The notes under the pieces were generated by a model. That model saw nothing but the letters and a program-made list of their open reading frames with translations, made no database searches and was not told the DNA's origin. A stretch of 63,949 nt of DNA, counting the filler, from Octopus bimaculoides (Eukaryota): NCBI RefSeq assembly GCF_001194135.2. It is 6 parts of 6 records of this genome, joined end to end, with 100 filler letters (N's around TTAATTAATTAA, not from the genome) between each part and the next. Parts side by side here need not be neighbours in the genome. Positions count along the whole stretch, not along the records: positions 32,906 to 38,629 come from NC_068993.1; positions 38,730 to 43,354 come from NC_068981.1; positions 43,455 to 62,257 come from NC_069003.1; 3 more parts are not named here. One strand, given 5' to 3'. Shown piece after piece: positions 37,584-48,938 of this stretch. Each line of letters opens with the position of its first letter. The stretch's first letter is position 1. Position numbers and translations under genes: made by a program.

Positions 37584-37980
37584 NNNNNNNNNNNNNNNNN
37601 NNNNNNNNNNNNNNNNNNNNNNNNNNNNNNNNNNNNNNNNNNNNNNNNNNNNNNNNNNNNNNNNNNNNNNNNNNNNNNNNNNNNNNNNNNNNNNNNNNNN
37701 NNNNNNNNNNNNNNNNNNNNNNNNNNNNNNNNNNNNNNNNNNNNNNNNNNNNNNNNNNNNNNNNNNNNNNNNNNNNNNNNNNNNNNNNNNNNNNNNNNNN
37801 NNNNNNNNNNNNNNNNNNNNNNNNNNNNNNNNNNNNNNNNNNNNNNNNNNNNNNNNNNNNNNNNNNNNNNNNNNNNNNNNNNNNNNNNNNNNNNNNNNNN
37901 NNNNNNNNNNNNNNNNNNNNNNNNNNNNNNNNNNNNNNNNNNNNNNNNNNNNNNNNNNNNNNNNNNNNNNNNNNNNNNNN

Positions 37981-38028
<48 letters not shown>

Positions 38029-38385
38029 GTGTGTGTGCATACGTGTGTGTGCGTGTGTGATTGTATATACCTGGATATGTTTATGTATGTGTGTACAATT
38101 GAGAAATAACAGCTGAGAAATAATACTGCAAGTGATATTAGAAATAGACAAAGTACAATGAAATATACCAGAGAAACAAATATATACCACAAAGAGACGG
38201 GCATTAAGCTGATCCTTCGTCAGATGCCTATTGACAATCATTATTATTTCTGCAGAATAATGGAATATTATCACAGAAACTGTTTTAAACCTAGATTACC
38301 AGTCAATAAAAAAAATACTAGAAATATAAATTCCACAAGAATTGATGGAGATAGATAGAAAAATAGATATACAAATAGATAGAAC

Positions 38386-38457
<72 letters not shown>

Positions 38458-38489
38458 GGATAAACAGACAGACAGACAGACAGACAGTC

Positions 38490-38548
<59 letters not shown>

Positions 38549-38557
38549 CAGATAGAC

Positions 38558-38620
<63 letters not shown>

Positions 38621-38629
38621 AGGAAAATT

Positions 38630-38729
38630 NNNNNNNNNNNNNNNNNNNNNNNNNNNNNNNNNNNNNNNNNNNNTTAATTAATTAANNNNNNNNNNNNNNN
38701 NNNNNNNNNNNNNNNNNNNNNNNNNNNNN
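38630..38729. other. Artificial spacer 3
   Basis: 44N-TTAATTAATTAA(38674-38685)-44N. Confidence 0.97.
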
Positions 38730-38789
<60 letters not shown>

Positions 38790-38791
<2 letters not shown>

Positions 38792-39343
38792 GAGTGAGAG
38801 AGCAGTGCATGCCATCAAAGTGACACTGGAGTAAAATATACGAAACCCATTATACCCATCATGACTACTCGTCTGATAAGAGTACACCAGCATATGCATC
38901 ACAACAATGTGTGCGCGACATGGTTATCTCATATCATGATTAAAAATGCATGACCTTGCAGGTGGGGCCCAGTTAGAATTTTCTTCAGGTCGAGTGGCCC
39001 ATCCCACTCAAAAGGTCCCTGAATAAGGGTTGTTTAAGGATGTTGAACGAAAAACCCATGTTTCCAGAGGTGAATTATCAACCCCCAAAGAATTCCTCAC
39101 AATACATGGATATGATGCTCCCCCACTACTTCTGCTTGTGATCAGAGATTCACATATCGTCAGCCACTAAGGGACATGCTCAACTGGTTAAGGTCAAACA
39201 AGTGACAAGCAAGTCTTTAGTATTGAGCAGAATATTTGCTGTAGCCCATCTTTTATGCCAAGACAAAACAATGTACATGATAACACTTCCAATCAGTTGA
39301 GATGAGAAACCATGAGAGCCACTGCCTGGTACTGCGTCAGAGC

Positions 39344-39347
<4 letters not shown>
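38790..39347. mobile_element. Family D repeat, copy 2, inserted in (ATT)n
   Basis: Long (ATT)n on both sides; collinear with 383-940. Confidence 0.8.
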
Positions 39348-39421
<74 letters not shown>

Positions 39422-39833
39422 CATCATCATCATCATCATTATTGTTATTGTTATGTTCTGGCTTTGTTTTAATTTATACAAGTTGCACGAAAGTCTCTAC
39501 CAGAGACCTCAAGAGACAGTAACGTTTTGCATCTGACGATCCAACAGGTGAGGTGCCATACAATTGAAAACATATATGTCTATAGGAGTTAATGTTACAT
39601 TTAGATGAAGAGAAAATTATGTGGAATATGTGAAGTATTATCTTTTGTAATTCGCTTATTTTAAGGTTGCCATAGATTTGGTCTACCTACTTGTTTGCTC
39701 CTCCTTATATCATTGCAAGTTCCCCAATAATAATACGTAATCTTGTTTTGAGGTGTCACAATTTCCGACTTCAATCTTCAGGTCCAGAAGATAAATATTT
39801 ACTTTTCTTTTTTTCAATATGATTTTCACAATG

Positions 39834-40050
39834 AAGACGGTGAGCTGGCAAAATCGTTATCACGCCGGACAAAATGCTTAGCGATATTTCGTCCGCTTTT
39901 ACGTTCTAAGTTCAAATTCCTCCGAGGTCGACTTTGTCTTTCATCCTTTCAGAGTCGACAAAATAAGTACCAGTTGGGAACTATGGTTAATGTAATCGTC
40001 TCTGTCCCTCCTCCCGAAATCGCAGGCCTTGGTCCAAAATTGGAAACCAT
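39834..40050 (+). mobile_element. SINE family B
   Basis: GACGGTGAGCTGGCAAAATCGTTA head, B box AAGTTCAAATTCC, 3' end GAAACCATCATTATT. Confidence 0.85.
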
Positions 40051-40051
40051 C

Positions 40052-40260
40052 ATTATTATTATTCATGGCGTATACGAATGCTTTACATTCGGAATCAATG
40101 TTCTTGATACTGGGTCGCAACCAGTTTTCTTACATTTCTTGCTGTTCTCAATAAAGCTGATTTTTAGTTATACCAGTCTCAATAAGGGAACTGCCAAGTC
40201 TATTGGTGACGGTACCTAGGGCACCAATAACAACTGCGATTAGTTTTGTAGAAAATCCTC
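40052..40260 (-). mobile_element. Dong/R4-clade 3'-terminal fragment with (AAT)n tail
   Basis: Minus-strand TKLIAVVIGALGTVTNRLGSSLIETGI, the end of the restriction-like endonuclease domain. Confidence 0.6.
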
Positions 40261-40951
40261 CTATCATTTTTTCTGATTTAAGCACTGGGCCAACAGTTTT
40301 GAGGAGAAGGGTTTAATTGATACCACAGACCCCAGTAGTTAACTGATACTTCATCCCTTGAAGGACGAAAGACAAAGCTGACCTCGGCGACATTCGAACT
40401 CAGAATACTGAAATCCAGAACAAATGCCGCAAGGCAATCTGTCCGACGCTCTCGAAATTCTGTGCAACAGCCATCTTCTCTGAACTGGGAGAACTGTAAG
40501 AGAATCAGACGAAATAACTTGCAGGGCTTATTCTGGTTACTTGCATTCTCAGTTCAAATCCCATCGAGGTTAACTGCTGCATTCACCCTTCCCATTCTTT
40601 CTTGTCATCACTCTACAAAGCCATACAAAGGATCTTGGATAACACTTTTGTTTATACGCATACCTGCATACATACATACACACACACATACACACACACA
40701 CACTCACACACACATACATATCTACATATATCTACATATCTACATATATCCCTATATAAATATTTGCATCTCTGTGTGTGTGTATGTGTGTGTGTGCATG
40801 GGTGTGCGTGTGGAACACGACCGTCACTACATAAACCTGACGACTGCGTAAGGCAGGAAAGTACTGGTTTGTTTCAATATTGTGAAATTGTAAAAATTAC
40901 AAATAATAAAACGTGAAAATCAGACTTAGTTGGAATTTCATAGATTAATAT

Positions 40952-40983
<32 letters not shown>

Positions 40984-41810
40984 NNNNNNNNNNNNNNNNN
41001 NNNNNNNNNNNNNNNNNNNNNNNNNNNNNNNNNNNNNNNNNNNNNNNNNNNNNNNNNNNNNNNNNNNNNNNNNNNNNNNNNNNNNNNNNNNNNNNNNNNN
41101 NNNNNNNNNNNNNNNNNNNNNNNNNNNNNNNNNNNNNNNNNNNNNNNNNNNNNNNNNNNNNNNNNNNNNNNNNNNNNNNNNNNNNNNNNNNNNNNNNNNN
41201 NNNNNNNNNNNNNNNNNNNNNNNNNNNNNNNNNNNNNNNNNNNNNNNNNNNNNNNNNNNNNNNNNNNNNNNNNNNNNNNNNNNNNNNNNNNNNNNNNNNN
41301 NNNNNNNNNNNNNNNNNNNNNNNNNNNNNNNNNNNNNNNNNNNNNNNNNNNNNNNNNNNNNNNNNNNNNNNNNNNNNNNNNNNNNNNNNNNNNNNNNNNN
41401 NNNNNNNNNNNNNNNNNNNNNNNNNNNNNNNNNNNNNNNNNNNNNNNNNNNNNNNNNNNNNNNNNNNNNNNNNNNNNNNNNNNNNNNNNNNNNNNNNNNN
41501 NNNNNNNNNNNNNNNNNNNNNNNNNNNNNNNNNNNNNNNNNNNNNNNNNNNNNNNNNNNNNNNNNNNNNNNNNNNNNNNNNNNNNNNNNNNNNNNNNNNN
41601 NNNNNNNNNNNNNNNNNNNNNNNNNNNNNNNNNNNNNNNNNNNNNNNNNNNNNNNNNNNNNNNNNNNNNNNNNNNNNNNNNNNNNNNNNNNNNNNNNNNN
41701 NNNNNNNNNNNNNNNNNNNNNNNNNNNNNNNNNNNNNNNNNNNGACTTAGTTGGAATTTCATAGATTAATATATACATACATACATACATACATATACTC
41801 TTTTACTCAA

Positions 41811-42078
41811 TTACTTGTTTCAGTCATTTGACTGCGGCCATGCTGGAGCACCGCCTTTAGTCGAGCAAATCGACCCCAGGACTAAATCTTTGTCAGCCTA
41901 GTACTTATTTTATCGGTCACTTTTGCCGAACCGCTAAGTTATGAGGACGTAAACACACCAGCATCGGTTGTCAAGCGATGTTGGGGGGACAAACACAGAC
42001 ACACGAACATATATACACACATACATATATATACATATATACGACGGGCTTCTTTCAGTTTCCGTCTACCAAATCCAC
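41811..42078 (-). mobile_element. SINE family A, 3' two-thirds, close to consensus
   Basis: TTACTTGTTTCAGTCATTTGACTGCGGCCATGCTGGAGCACCGCC...GACGGGCTTCTTTCAGTTTCCGTCTACCAAATCCAC. Confidence 0.88.
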
Positions 42079-42159
42079 ACACACACACACATATATATAA
42101 ATCCAGTGAAGAACTGAAACAGAAACATAGAGATATTGTCATGCCACAGACAGACAGGC

Positions 42160-42192
<33 letters not shown>

Positions 42193-42211
42193 GGCAGACA
42201 GACAGACAGAC

Positions 42212-42267
<56 letters not shown>

Positions 42268-42481
42268 GGGCAGTTAGGCAGATAGATGGACACGGAAAAT
42301 AACTTGCTTAACAGGAAATATAAATGATTATTATAGATATCGATATATACTGTGTATATAATTCGATATCGAGATACCTATATAGGCAAGTATATCCATA
42401 CATGCATACATATATCCACTCTCATATGCACATATACATATCTACAGAAGCATGCGTATGTGTGTCCATATATAATGGCTT

Positions 42482-42535
<54 letters not shown>

Positions 42536-43354
42536 GTGTGTGTGTGTGCGTGCGTGCGTGTGTGTGTATGCGTGCGTGCAGGTACGTCAAACTATCTCTA
42601 TCTAGCTAGCGAACTATGTGTTATTGTATATCGACAACTATAAATAATCATTTATATTTCCTCTCTATTTCCCTCCTTCTCTCTCTGTCTCTCTTTATCT
42701 TCCTTCTGTCTGTCTATCCAGCTGGATGGCTGGCTGTCTGCTTGTTTATTTGTCTGTTTAACTTCTTTACCTATGTGTCAATTTGTCAAAATGTCTGTTT
42801 CTCTGTTCTTCAGAAGTTTAAAAATATAAGCAGCGAAAACATTTATTGTATTTGTCATATGTAAAATCTTTATCAGCACCTTAAACTAAAACAAACAAGT
42901 TCATGTACGACCCTGACACTAGAAATATCAACCAAATCTCCTGCAAATCACAGGACTACTTTAAATAGCTTATGATACTTTGTTTTATGAAGTCCTAAAT
43001 TACTGTAAAACACACAAAAAAAAAAAAGAAAAACGAATACTTTCGAGCATATGCTTGACATCTAATAACAGCAACAACAAATAAACAGATGGAAAATAAA
43101 CCATTAAACATACCATTCTGGGTTTTTCGTTGGTACCACAAAAACTAAAGTGAACACTAAGAAGTTTAAATGTCAGAAAGAAGTGTAATCGCCTAGTTGT
43201 TCTGCTTAACAGTTTATTACGTACATGTAAAGGTGCTGATCACCCGCAAAGCGGAAGTGATGTTTTCATATATTTGTTACTAAGAAACTTAATTACCACA
43301 CTTTAAAAATATATATATATAAAATTCCTAATGAGACATCTTGTATCTGAGTAC

Positions 43355-43454
43355 NNNNNNNNNNNNNNNNNNNNNNNNNNNNNNNNNNNNNNNNNNNNTT
43401 AATTAATTAANNNNNNNNNNNNNNNNNNNNNNNNNNNNNNNNNNNNNNNNNNNN
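43355..43454. other. Artificial spacer 4
   Basis: 44N-TTAATTAATTAA(43399-43410)-44N. Confidence 0.97.
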
Positions 43455-44298
43455 GTGCCTTTGTGTCCATGTTTGTCCTCTCGACTCCGCTTCGCAACTA
43501 ATGTTGGTGTGTTTGCATTTCCATAAGTTAATGGTTCAGTAAAAGAGATCAACTGAATAAGTACCAGGCTTTAAAAAATAAATCTTGCAGGTCGAATTGT
43601 TCAACTAAAACCCTTAAAAAGTGGTACCCCAATATGGCCATGGTCAAATGACAGAAATAAGCAAGAAATAAAAGATACAATTTACAAAATGTAATCAGTT
43701 TATACCTTTCCAGGTGTTTTCAATGGCTGATGACTGGTTGATATAACAATGTATAATATGATATAATGAACAGGTGAAATTGCCTCAGTGTTTGCACCTG
43801 CTCACATAATATGCACCTGTTCGCATAATATCAGCCAGTCACCAATAGCTAAAAATGCCTGTTGAGATATATTGTGTGAATTGTATATGCTACTTTTCAC
43901 ATATTCCTTATGCCTATTAACATGTCTGACTTTCTATGCCCTAGGATTCATAAGGCTGGAACCTAATCCAGTTTCTATGGCATATAAAGGCCTGATATTA
44001 CAACAGGACACAGTTCTGTCCATCCCAGAGTTAATTTCCCAGCTATTGTTGGAACTCATTTACAGCTGAGGAGACTGGAGCAGAGTAAAATGAAGTGTTT
44101 TGCTCAAGAACACCAACACACTACACAGTCTGAGATTTGAAACCACAGTCTTATGATTGTGAATGCAACACCCTACCTACTTAGGCAAGCACCTTCATAA
44201 GACGTACACTAAGAGGCTAGAAATTTGGTTGCAGAAAGTGAGGCGAAGTTGATCCCAGCAGGATTTGAGATGGAGAAAAGAGAGCATAGAGAACTTAC

Positions 44299-44505
44299 CT
44301 CATAATTTGGAATGTCTATATCAACTAGAATTTGATCCGAATCTTCGATGATCTTTACTTCTTCTTCTGTGAGTTTGTTGGGAGACAAGGAGTCTTTACG
44401 GTTTGGAGAGTAGCCAGATGGGGAGGTCTTGTCTTGCGACAAACTTCGTGGAAGAACTGTTGTGGCTATCCGGTCCAGTACACCAGATACCGTTTTCACA
44501 AATGC
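44299..44505 (-). CDS. SNX19: Sorting nexin-19-like gene, internal exon (207 bp, phase 0-0): AFVKTVSGVLDRIATTVLPRSLSQDK...ILVDIDIPNYE
   Basis: Acceptor ttattcttgtag|GCA and donor GAG|gtaagt; open frame continuing RIDK from the previous exon, as in vertebrate SNX19 (RIDK...LKTAFPRS, from memory). Confidence 0.8.
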
Positions 44506-44819
44506 CTACAAGAATAAGCAAAGTAGTTAAAGTTTATAGATTTCATTACAGGTCCAAAACAAATACCAATATTAACTTGGTGCCTGGTATGAATAGGAAC
44601 CACCAAAAGCTGCAATAGGAAATGGGTTAAAGAAAATAACCAAACTGCATTGTTTGGTTATTTGGATGTTAGGTACAGGGAACCATTCAAACAATATATT
44701 GTAGCCTCCACTCAATGCTAGTACAACCAGAATAAGCCTGTGACTTGTTCTGGCAGTTGTGATATGGGAGCACAAAGGATGCATGTCTCAGGCCTCAAAG
44801 TGGGTCCAGGAGGGAACAA

Positions 44820-45020
44820 TCGTTAGTGATTGGGTAAGCTGAACCAACTGGCAGGAGACTTAGCAGGAGACCAAGAATAAGATGGTTGGATAACATCCAT
44901 GGCCTCAGTTAGTCATGTTTGGAAATCCATCCAGAAAGTGTAATGAGGATCACTTCTGATAGGGCCCCATGGAAGAGGTGTCTCTACCCTCTTAGGAATA
45001 AAGAAGGGTGAAGAAGAAAA
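44820..45020 (+). mobile_element. Old RTE-type LINE 3' end
   Basis: SRRPRIRWLDNI-like translation followed by a GAAGAAGAAAAGATGA tail. Confidence 0.4.
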
Positions 45021-45376
45021 GATGAAAGATTTTTCTTTTTTAAAACTATTAACTCCATTTTAAAAGGTAAGACATTTTCTACACTACACCATGTTTCAAT
45101 TGGTTTAATTTTTAATCACCATTAGGTCTTTTTCTTGGTTATGTCCATACATATATGGAATGCAAAATAACCAAGCAGTTAAGAAGTTCCTATTGTAATC
45201 AAGAGGTCTTGGGTTTGACCTCTCTGCTTGGCATACTGGAGGCAAATGTCTTACCATAGACTAAAATTCAGTCAAGCCTTGTGAGTAAAACTAGGTAGAT
45301 GGAAATTGTGTCAATGTCCATCAAACACATTGTACGTTCAATGTAACCGCAAAAGCCTTTGCTGGAATAAAATACA

Positions 45377-45618
45377 TAAGCCCTAAAGCATTTGTTAGAG
45401 CACATTCCATAAGCACTAACTACAGCATTGTATATAAGCTCTAAAGCATTCACTGGAGCACACTCAATAAACCAAACCATATATACTAGAGCATCCTATG
45501 TAAGCTCTAAAACATTCACATGGGCACAATAGATAAGCCTAAATACATTCACTAGAGCGTAGAGTATACTGTGTAAGCTCTAAAGCATTCATTAGTATAT
45601 ACTACATACACTCTAAAG
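45377..45618. repeat. Degenerate minisatellite, unit about TAAGCTCTAAAGCATTCACTAGAGCACA
   Basis: The TAAGC(T/C)CTAAA motif recurs several times with spacing of about 30-40 bp. Confidence 0.75.
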
Positions 45619-45974
45619 AAACATATTTTGTATTTCTTTTGACTGTTATATGGATATTCATTATCTCTCTGGCAATTAGAAATGAAATGAACCAATGATT
45701 GGTTTGTTGGAACCCTATAACCAACAATGATATTGTTAACAAAATTTATTATTTAATTTATTCACAACACTAAAAATCATTATAATATTTAATATCCTAA
45801 GATTTATTCTAATTCTATGACATAAACATCCTTTTCTAAAGTGATTTAAATTGAAACCTTCCATCAAAATTTCAGGTTAATTTATGATCCCAACACCAGC
45901 TTAATAACAAAAGATTTCACTAAATTCTTCATTATTTTCAAAATGCAGTGTATTTCAACAGATATATGGAAAAA

Positions 45975-46346
45975 AGTGGTTAGGGCAGCGGACTCGCGGT
46001 CATAGGATCGCGGTTTCGATTCCCAGACCGGGCGTTGTGAGTGTTTATTGAGCGAAAACACCTAAAGCTCCACAAGGCTCCGGCAGGGGATGGTGGCGAA
46101 CCCTGCTGTACTCTTTCACCACAACTTTCTCTCACTCTTACTTCCTGTTTCTGTTGTGCCTGTAATTCAAAGGGTCAGCCTTGTCACACTGTGTGTCACG
46201 CTGAATATCCCTGAGAACTACGTTAAGGGTACACGTGTCTGTAGAGTGCTCAGCCACTTGCACGTTAATTTCACGAGCAGGCTGTTCCGTTGATCGGATC
46301 AACTGGAACCCTCGACGTTGTAAGCGACGGAGTGCCAACAACAACA
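45975..46346 (+). mobile_element. SINE family C, flanked by two fragments of a piggyBac-like MITE family (45830-45970, 46360-46510)
   Basis: Collinear with 13741-14187; B box GGTTTCGATTCC; (CAA)n tail. Confidence 0.88.
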
Positions 46347-46577
46347 ATGGAAATAAAAGGCTTAAACTGATCCAAATTAAAACCTTCAATTCCAATTTCA
46401 TGCCAATTCATGTTTCAAACACCAACTTAATAATGACAAAGTTATTTCACTACACTCTTCAATATTTTAAAAATTAACTGAAAACAAGGCAGTGTTTAAT
46501 AATAGATTAAATAAATACATAAATATGTGTAAACATGACGAAATGTGGAATTCTGTAGAACAATGTGTGTGGCTTAC

Positions 46578-46703
46578 TTTATCAATCCGTGGCATGTTGA
46601 TTTCACGGGTGCGTCGCACATAAGCAATGTGTGCATCTCCTTCGTAGGCGAGGAACTCCCTCAGTTCAGGCCCGTTGGAGATGTTTTCTTTCTTTATTAA
46701 GTT
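46578..46703 (-). CDS. SNX19: SNX19-like exon (126 bp, phase 0-0), end of the PX domain: NLIKKENISNGPELREFLAYEGDAHIAYVRRTREINMPRIDK
   Basis: Acceptor tttcttccag|AAC and donor AAA|gtaagc; parallels SNX19 EIANSEEVQEFLALNTDARIAFV...SRIDK (recalled). Confidence 0.88.
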
Positions 46704-46980
46704 CTGGAAGAAATGAGTGTAGAAAAGAAGAAGTCAGATTGGTGAAACAGAAGGAAGGAAATTAATAAAGGAAAAGAGAAATATAAGAAAGAAGGAGAAT
46801 GCTAACGATGACAAATGATGACAAAGAAGAAATAAAGGAGAAAAATGAAGAATGAAGAAATGAAGAAATGGAAGAGAAGTATGCTTGACCAAAGTAGAAG
46901 AGGTTTGCCTAAGGAGTCACAGTGGGACTGAACCTGAAACCATGTGGGTGGGAAGTGAACTTCTTAACTACACTGCATAA

Positions 46981-47195
46981 CCTTTAGCATTTAAACTGAC
47001 CATATTTGGCCAAAATATTCAACCTGTTTTATGTTTAGACTGGCCAGATCCAGCCTCTCACATCTACCCTACAATGTCATTGTAAAAATGACAATCATAT
47101 TAAAATCTCCAGACTATGAGATAATGCATGATTAATTCAAAACAAGGTGAATAAATAAGCATTACATTTGACAGAATGATCCGAATGCTAAAGGG
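46981..47195. mobile_element. piggyBac-like MITE
   Basis: Termini CCTTTAGCATT / AATGCTAAAGGG followed by TTAA (47196-47199); left flank ATAA. Confidence 0.7.
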
Positions 47196-47240
47196 TTAAT
47201 ATTGCACCTTAAATATAATGTGTGTGTGTATGTATATATA

Positions 47241-47361
47241 CAGGGTGTCCACAAAGTCTGGGTACATGGGGATTAACACATACTTTAAGAAATTATTTCT
47301 TATAGTTAATTGTTTATGTTATGATTTTATTTATTCCATGTACCCAGACTTTATGGACACC

Positions 47362-47364
<3 letters not shown>
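47241..47364. mobile_element. Tc1/mariner-type MITE (124 bp)
   Basis: 29-bp TIRs CAGGGTGTCCACAAAGTCTGGGTACATGG with one mismatch; TA on both sides. Confidence 0.9.
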
Positions 47365-47397
<33 letters not shown>

Positions 47398-47398
<1 letters not shown>

Positions 47399-47691
47399 AC
47401 TCTTCCATCAAAGATGATATGTGAGCGTTCAGATTTTGCCAAACAACCTGCACCAATGATTTGTTTATAGGGATCAGATGCTTGTGCCGCACATGAGCTT
47501 AATCTCTCCATCAAATCACTGTTATCTGAGCAGGTGCACAGTGTACCATGTGTTAGGTGTCGAAGTGATCACAGAGCAAAGGGAGATGAAGTGTTTTAAT
47601 CAAGAACACAATGTGCCACCCAGTCTAGGAAATGATTTCATGACCACTAGATTGTGAGTGCAGCACCCTAACCACTAAACCTTGTGCCCTC
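47398..47691 (-). mobile_element. SINE family F (related copies at about 44040-44200 and 59550-59640)
   Basis: Shared GAAGTGTTTT..TCAAGAACACAA...CACCCTAACCACTA (reverse complement of the tRNA-like head). Confidence 0.65.
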
Positions 47692-47723
47692 ACTATAAAT
47701 ATATATATATATGAGAGAGATAC

Positions 47724-47756
<33 letters not shown>

Positions 47757-47758
<2 letters not shown>

Positions 47759-47940
47759 ATTCACGAAAAAACAAAAGACGAAGACAGGTGGTGTAGAAAA
47801 CAAACAGATGTATTAGTATAACGCTCGAAAATTGAAAAAGTCTTTAATGTTTCAAGCCTACGCTCTTCCACAGAAAGGAACACAGAAAGAAACAAGGAGA
47901 GAAAATAAAGAATGTGTAGTGGCTAGCGATCTATCATGGC
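47757..47940 (-). mobile_element. PLE pLTR-derived mini-element, copy 2, intronic and sense to the SNX19-like gene
   Basis: Matches 19303-19462; sits between (GA)n and (TA)n tracts. Confidence 0.75.
47842..47877 (-). ncRNA. Variant minimal hammerhead motif (CUGUGGA core)
   Basis: CTTT-CTGTGGA-A-GAGC-gtag-GCTT-GAAAC-ATT-AAAG: 4-bp stem I and 4-bp stem II. Confidence 0.55.
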
Positions 47941-48408
47941 TAATATATATATATGTACATACACACACACACACATACGTATATGCACACATATATATTA
48001 CATCTGTTATAGCAACAGTTAGTAATCTACAGTGAGTTTTGCCCCTGGGTAGGTTGTTCGTGTGTGTGTGTGTGTATGTGTGTGTGCATGTGTAATACTG
48101 TCTCCTTGCCATGACATAATATGATGGTTGTAAACAAGCATCACTGTCATGCAAGCAGTGTCTTTCGTTTTCTATCTTAAATGACTGCTCATGGGAACAG
48201 GTAAAAGTTGGTGACAGGAAAGGTGTCCGGCTGTCAGAAATACACCTCAACAAAATATTCCATCCTACTCTTGCAAGCATAGAATGATGGATCTTATGAT
48301 GATGAGGATGATGACAATGTCACATACACATGCACACACTTAGTGAAAGAAAACACTGTTTCTAATTCTCTCTCTCTCTCTTTCTTTCTCTCCCCACCCT
48401 GACCATAC

Positions 48409-48506
48409 CTTCAAGTAGTTGTCAAGAAATTTCCTCCGCTGAGTGACATTCTCCTGGTCCATGTTACCAAACAGTGGGTGCTTCCATCCTTTTGGTCCTT
48501 TGATAT
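48409..48506 (-). CDS. SNX19: SNX19-like exon (98 bp, phase 1-0), PX domain middle: xIKGPKGWKHPLFGNMDQENVTQRRKFLDNYLK
   Basis: Long polypyrimidine tract, acceptor attcag|AT and donor AAG|gtatgg; parallels SNX19 VKGPKKLFPDLPFGNMDSDRVEARKSLLESFLK (recalled). Confidence 0.88.
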
Positions 48507-48567
48507 CTGAATAATTGGAAAAAGAAAAAATTAATAAAAAGAGAAAAATCAGGAGTTAAATCTGAAT

Positions 48568-48938
48568 AGGCGTGGTTGTGTGGTAAGAAGTTAGTCTGCT
48601 TCCCAACCACACAGTTTCAGGTTCAGTTCCACTGCATAGCATCTTGGAACAAGTGTCTTTTACTGTAATTTCAAACTGACTAAAGACTAATGAGTGGATT
48701 TGGTAGACAGAAACTGAAAGAAGCCTGTTTTGTGTGTGTTTGTTCACAAACCACCACTTGACAACTGGTATTGGTGTGTTTACATTCCCATCACTTATCA
48801 GTTCAACAAAGGAGACTGATAGAATAAGTACCAAACTTTTAAAATATAATACAAGTACTGGGGTCAGTTTATTCAACTAAAATTCTTCAACACGGTGCCC
48901 CAGCATGGCCAGAGTCTAATGATTTGAAACAAGTAAAA
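48568..48938 (+). mobile_element. SINE family A, full length (further copies at about 43455-43680, 45170-45330, 49170-49380, 51505-51660, 56125-56395, 57220-57480, 57905-58300, 60575-60730, 60900-61335)
   Basis: Head GGCGTGGTTGTGTGGTAAGAAG, B-box-like AGGTTCAGTTCC, tail GCCCCAGCATGGCC.AGTCTAATGATTTGAAACAAGTAAAA. Confidence 0.88.

Noticed and set aside
39529-39585. CTGACGA...GAAAAC-ATATAT-GTC
   Set aside because: There is no stem I or stem II pairing; it is likely a chance match.
40923-41797. Direct repeat of about 55 bp flanking a 760-N gap, superficially LTR- or TSD-like
   Set aside because: It is identical sequence at both gap edges, most likely a scaffolding overlap artefact.
43690-43865. 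AG...GT-bounded segment on the minus strand as a next SNX19 exon
   Set aside because: It has stops in all three frames; internal inverted repeats (about 43728-43845) suggest a decayed MITE.
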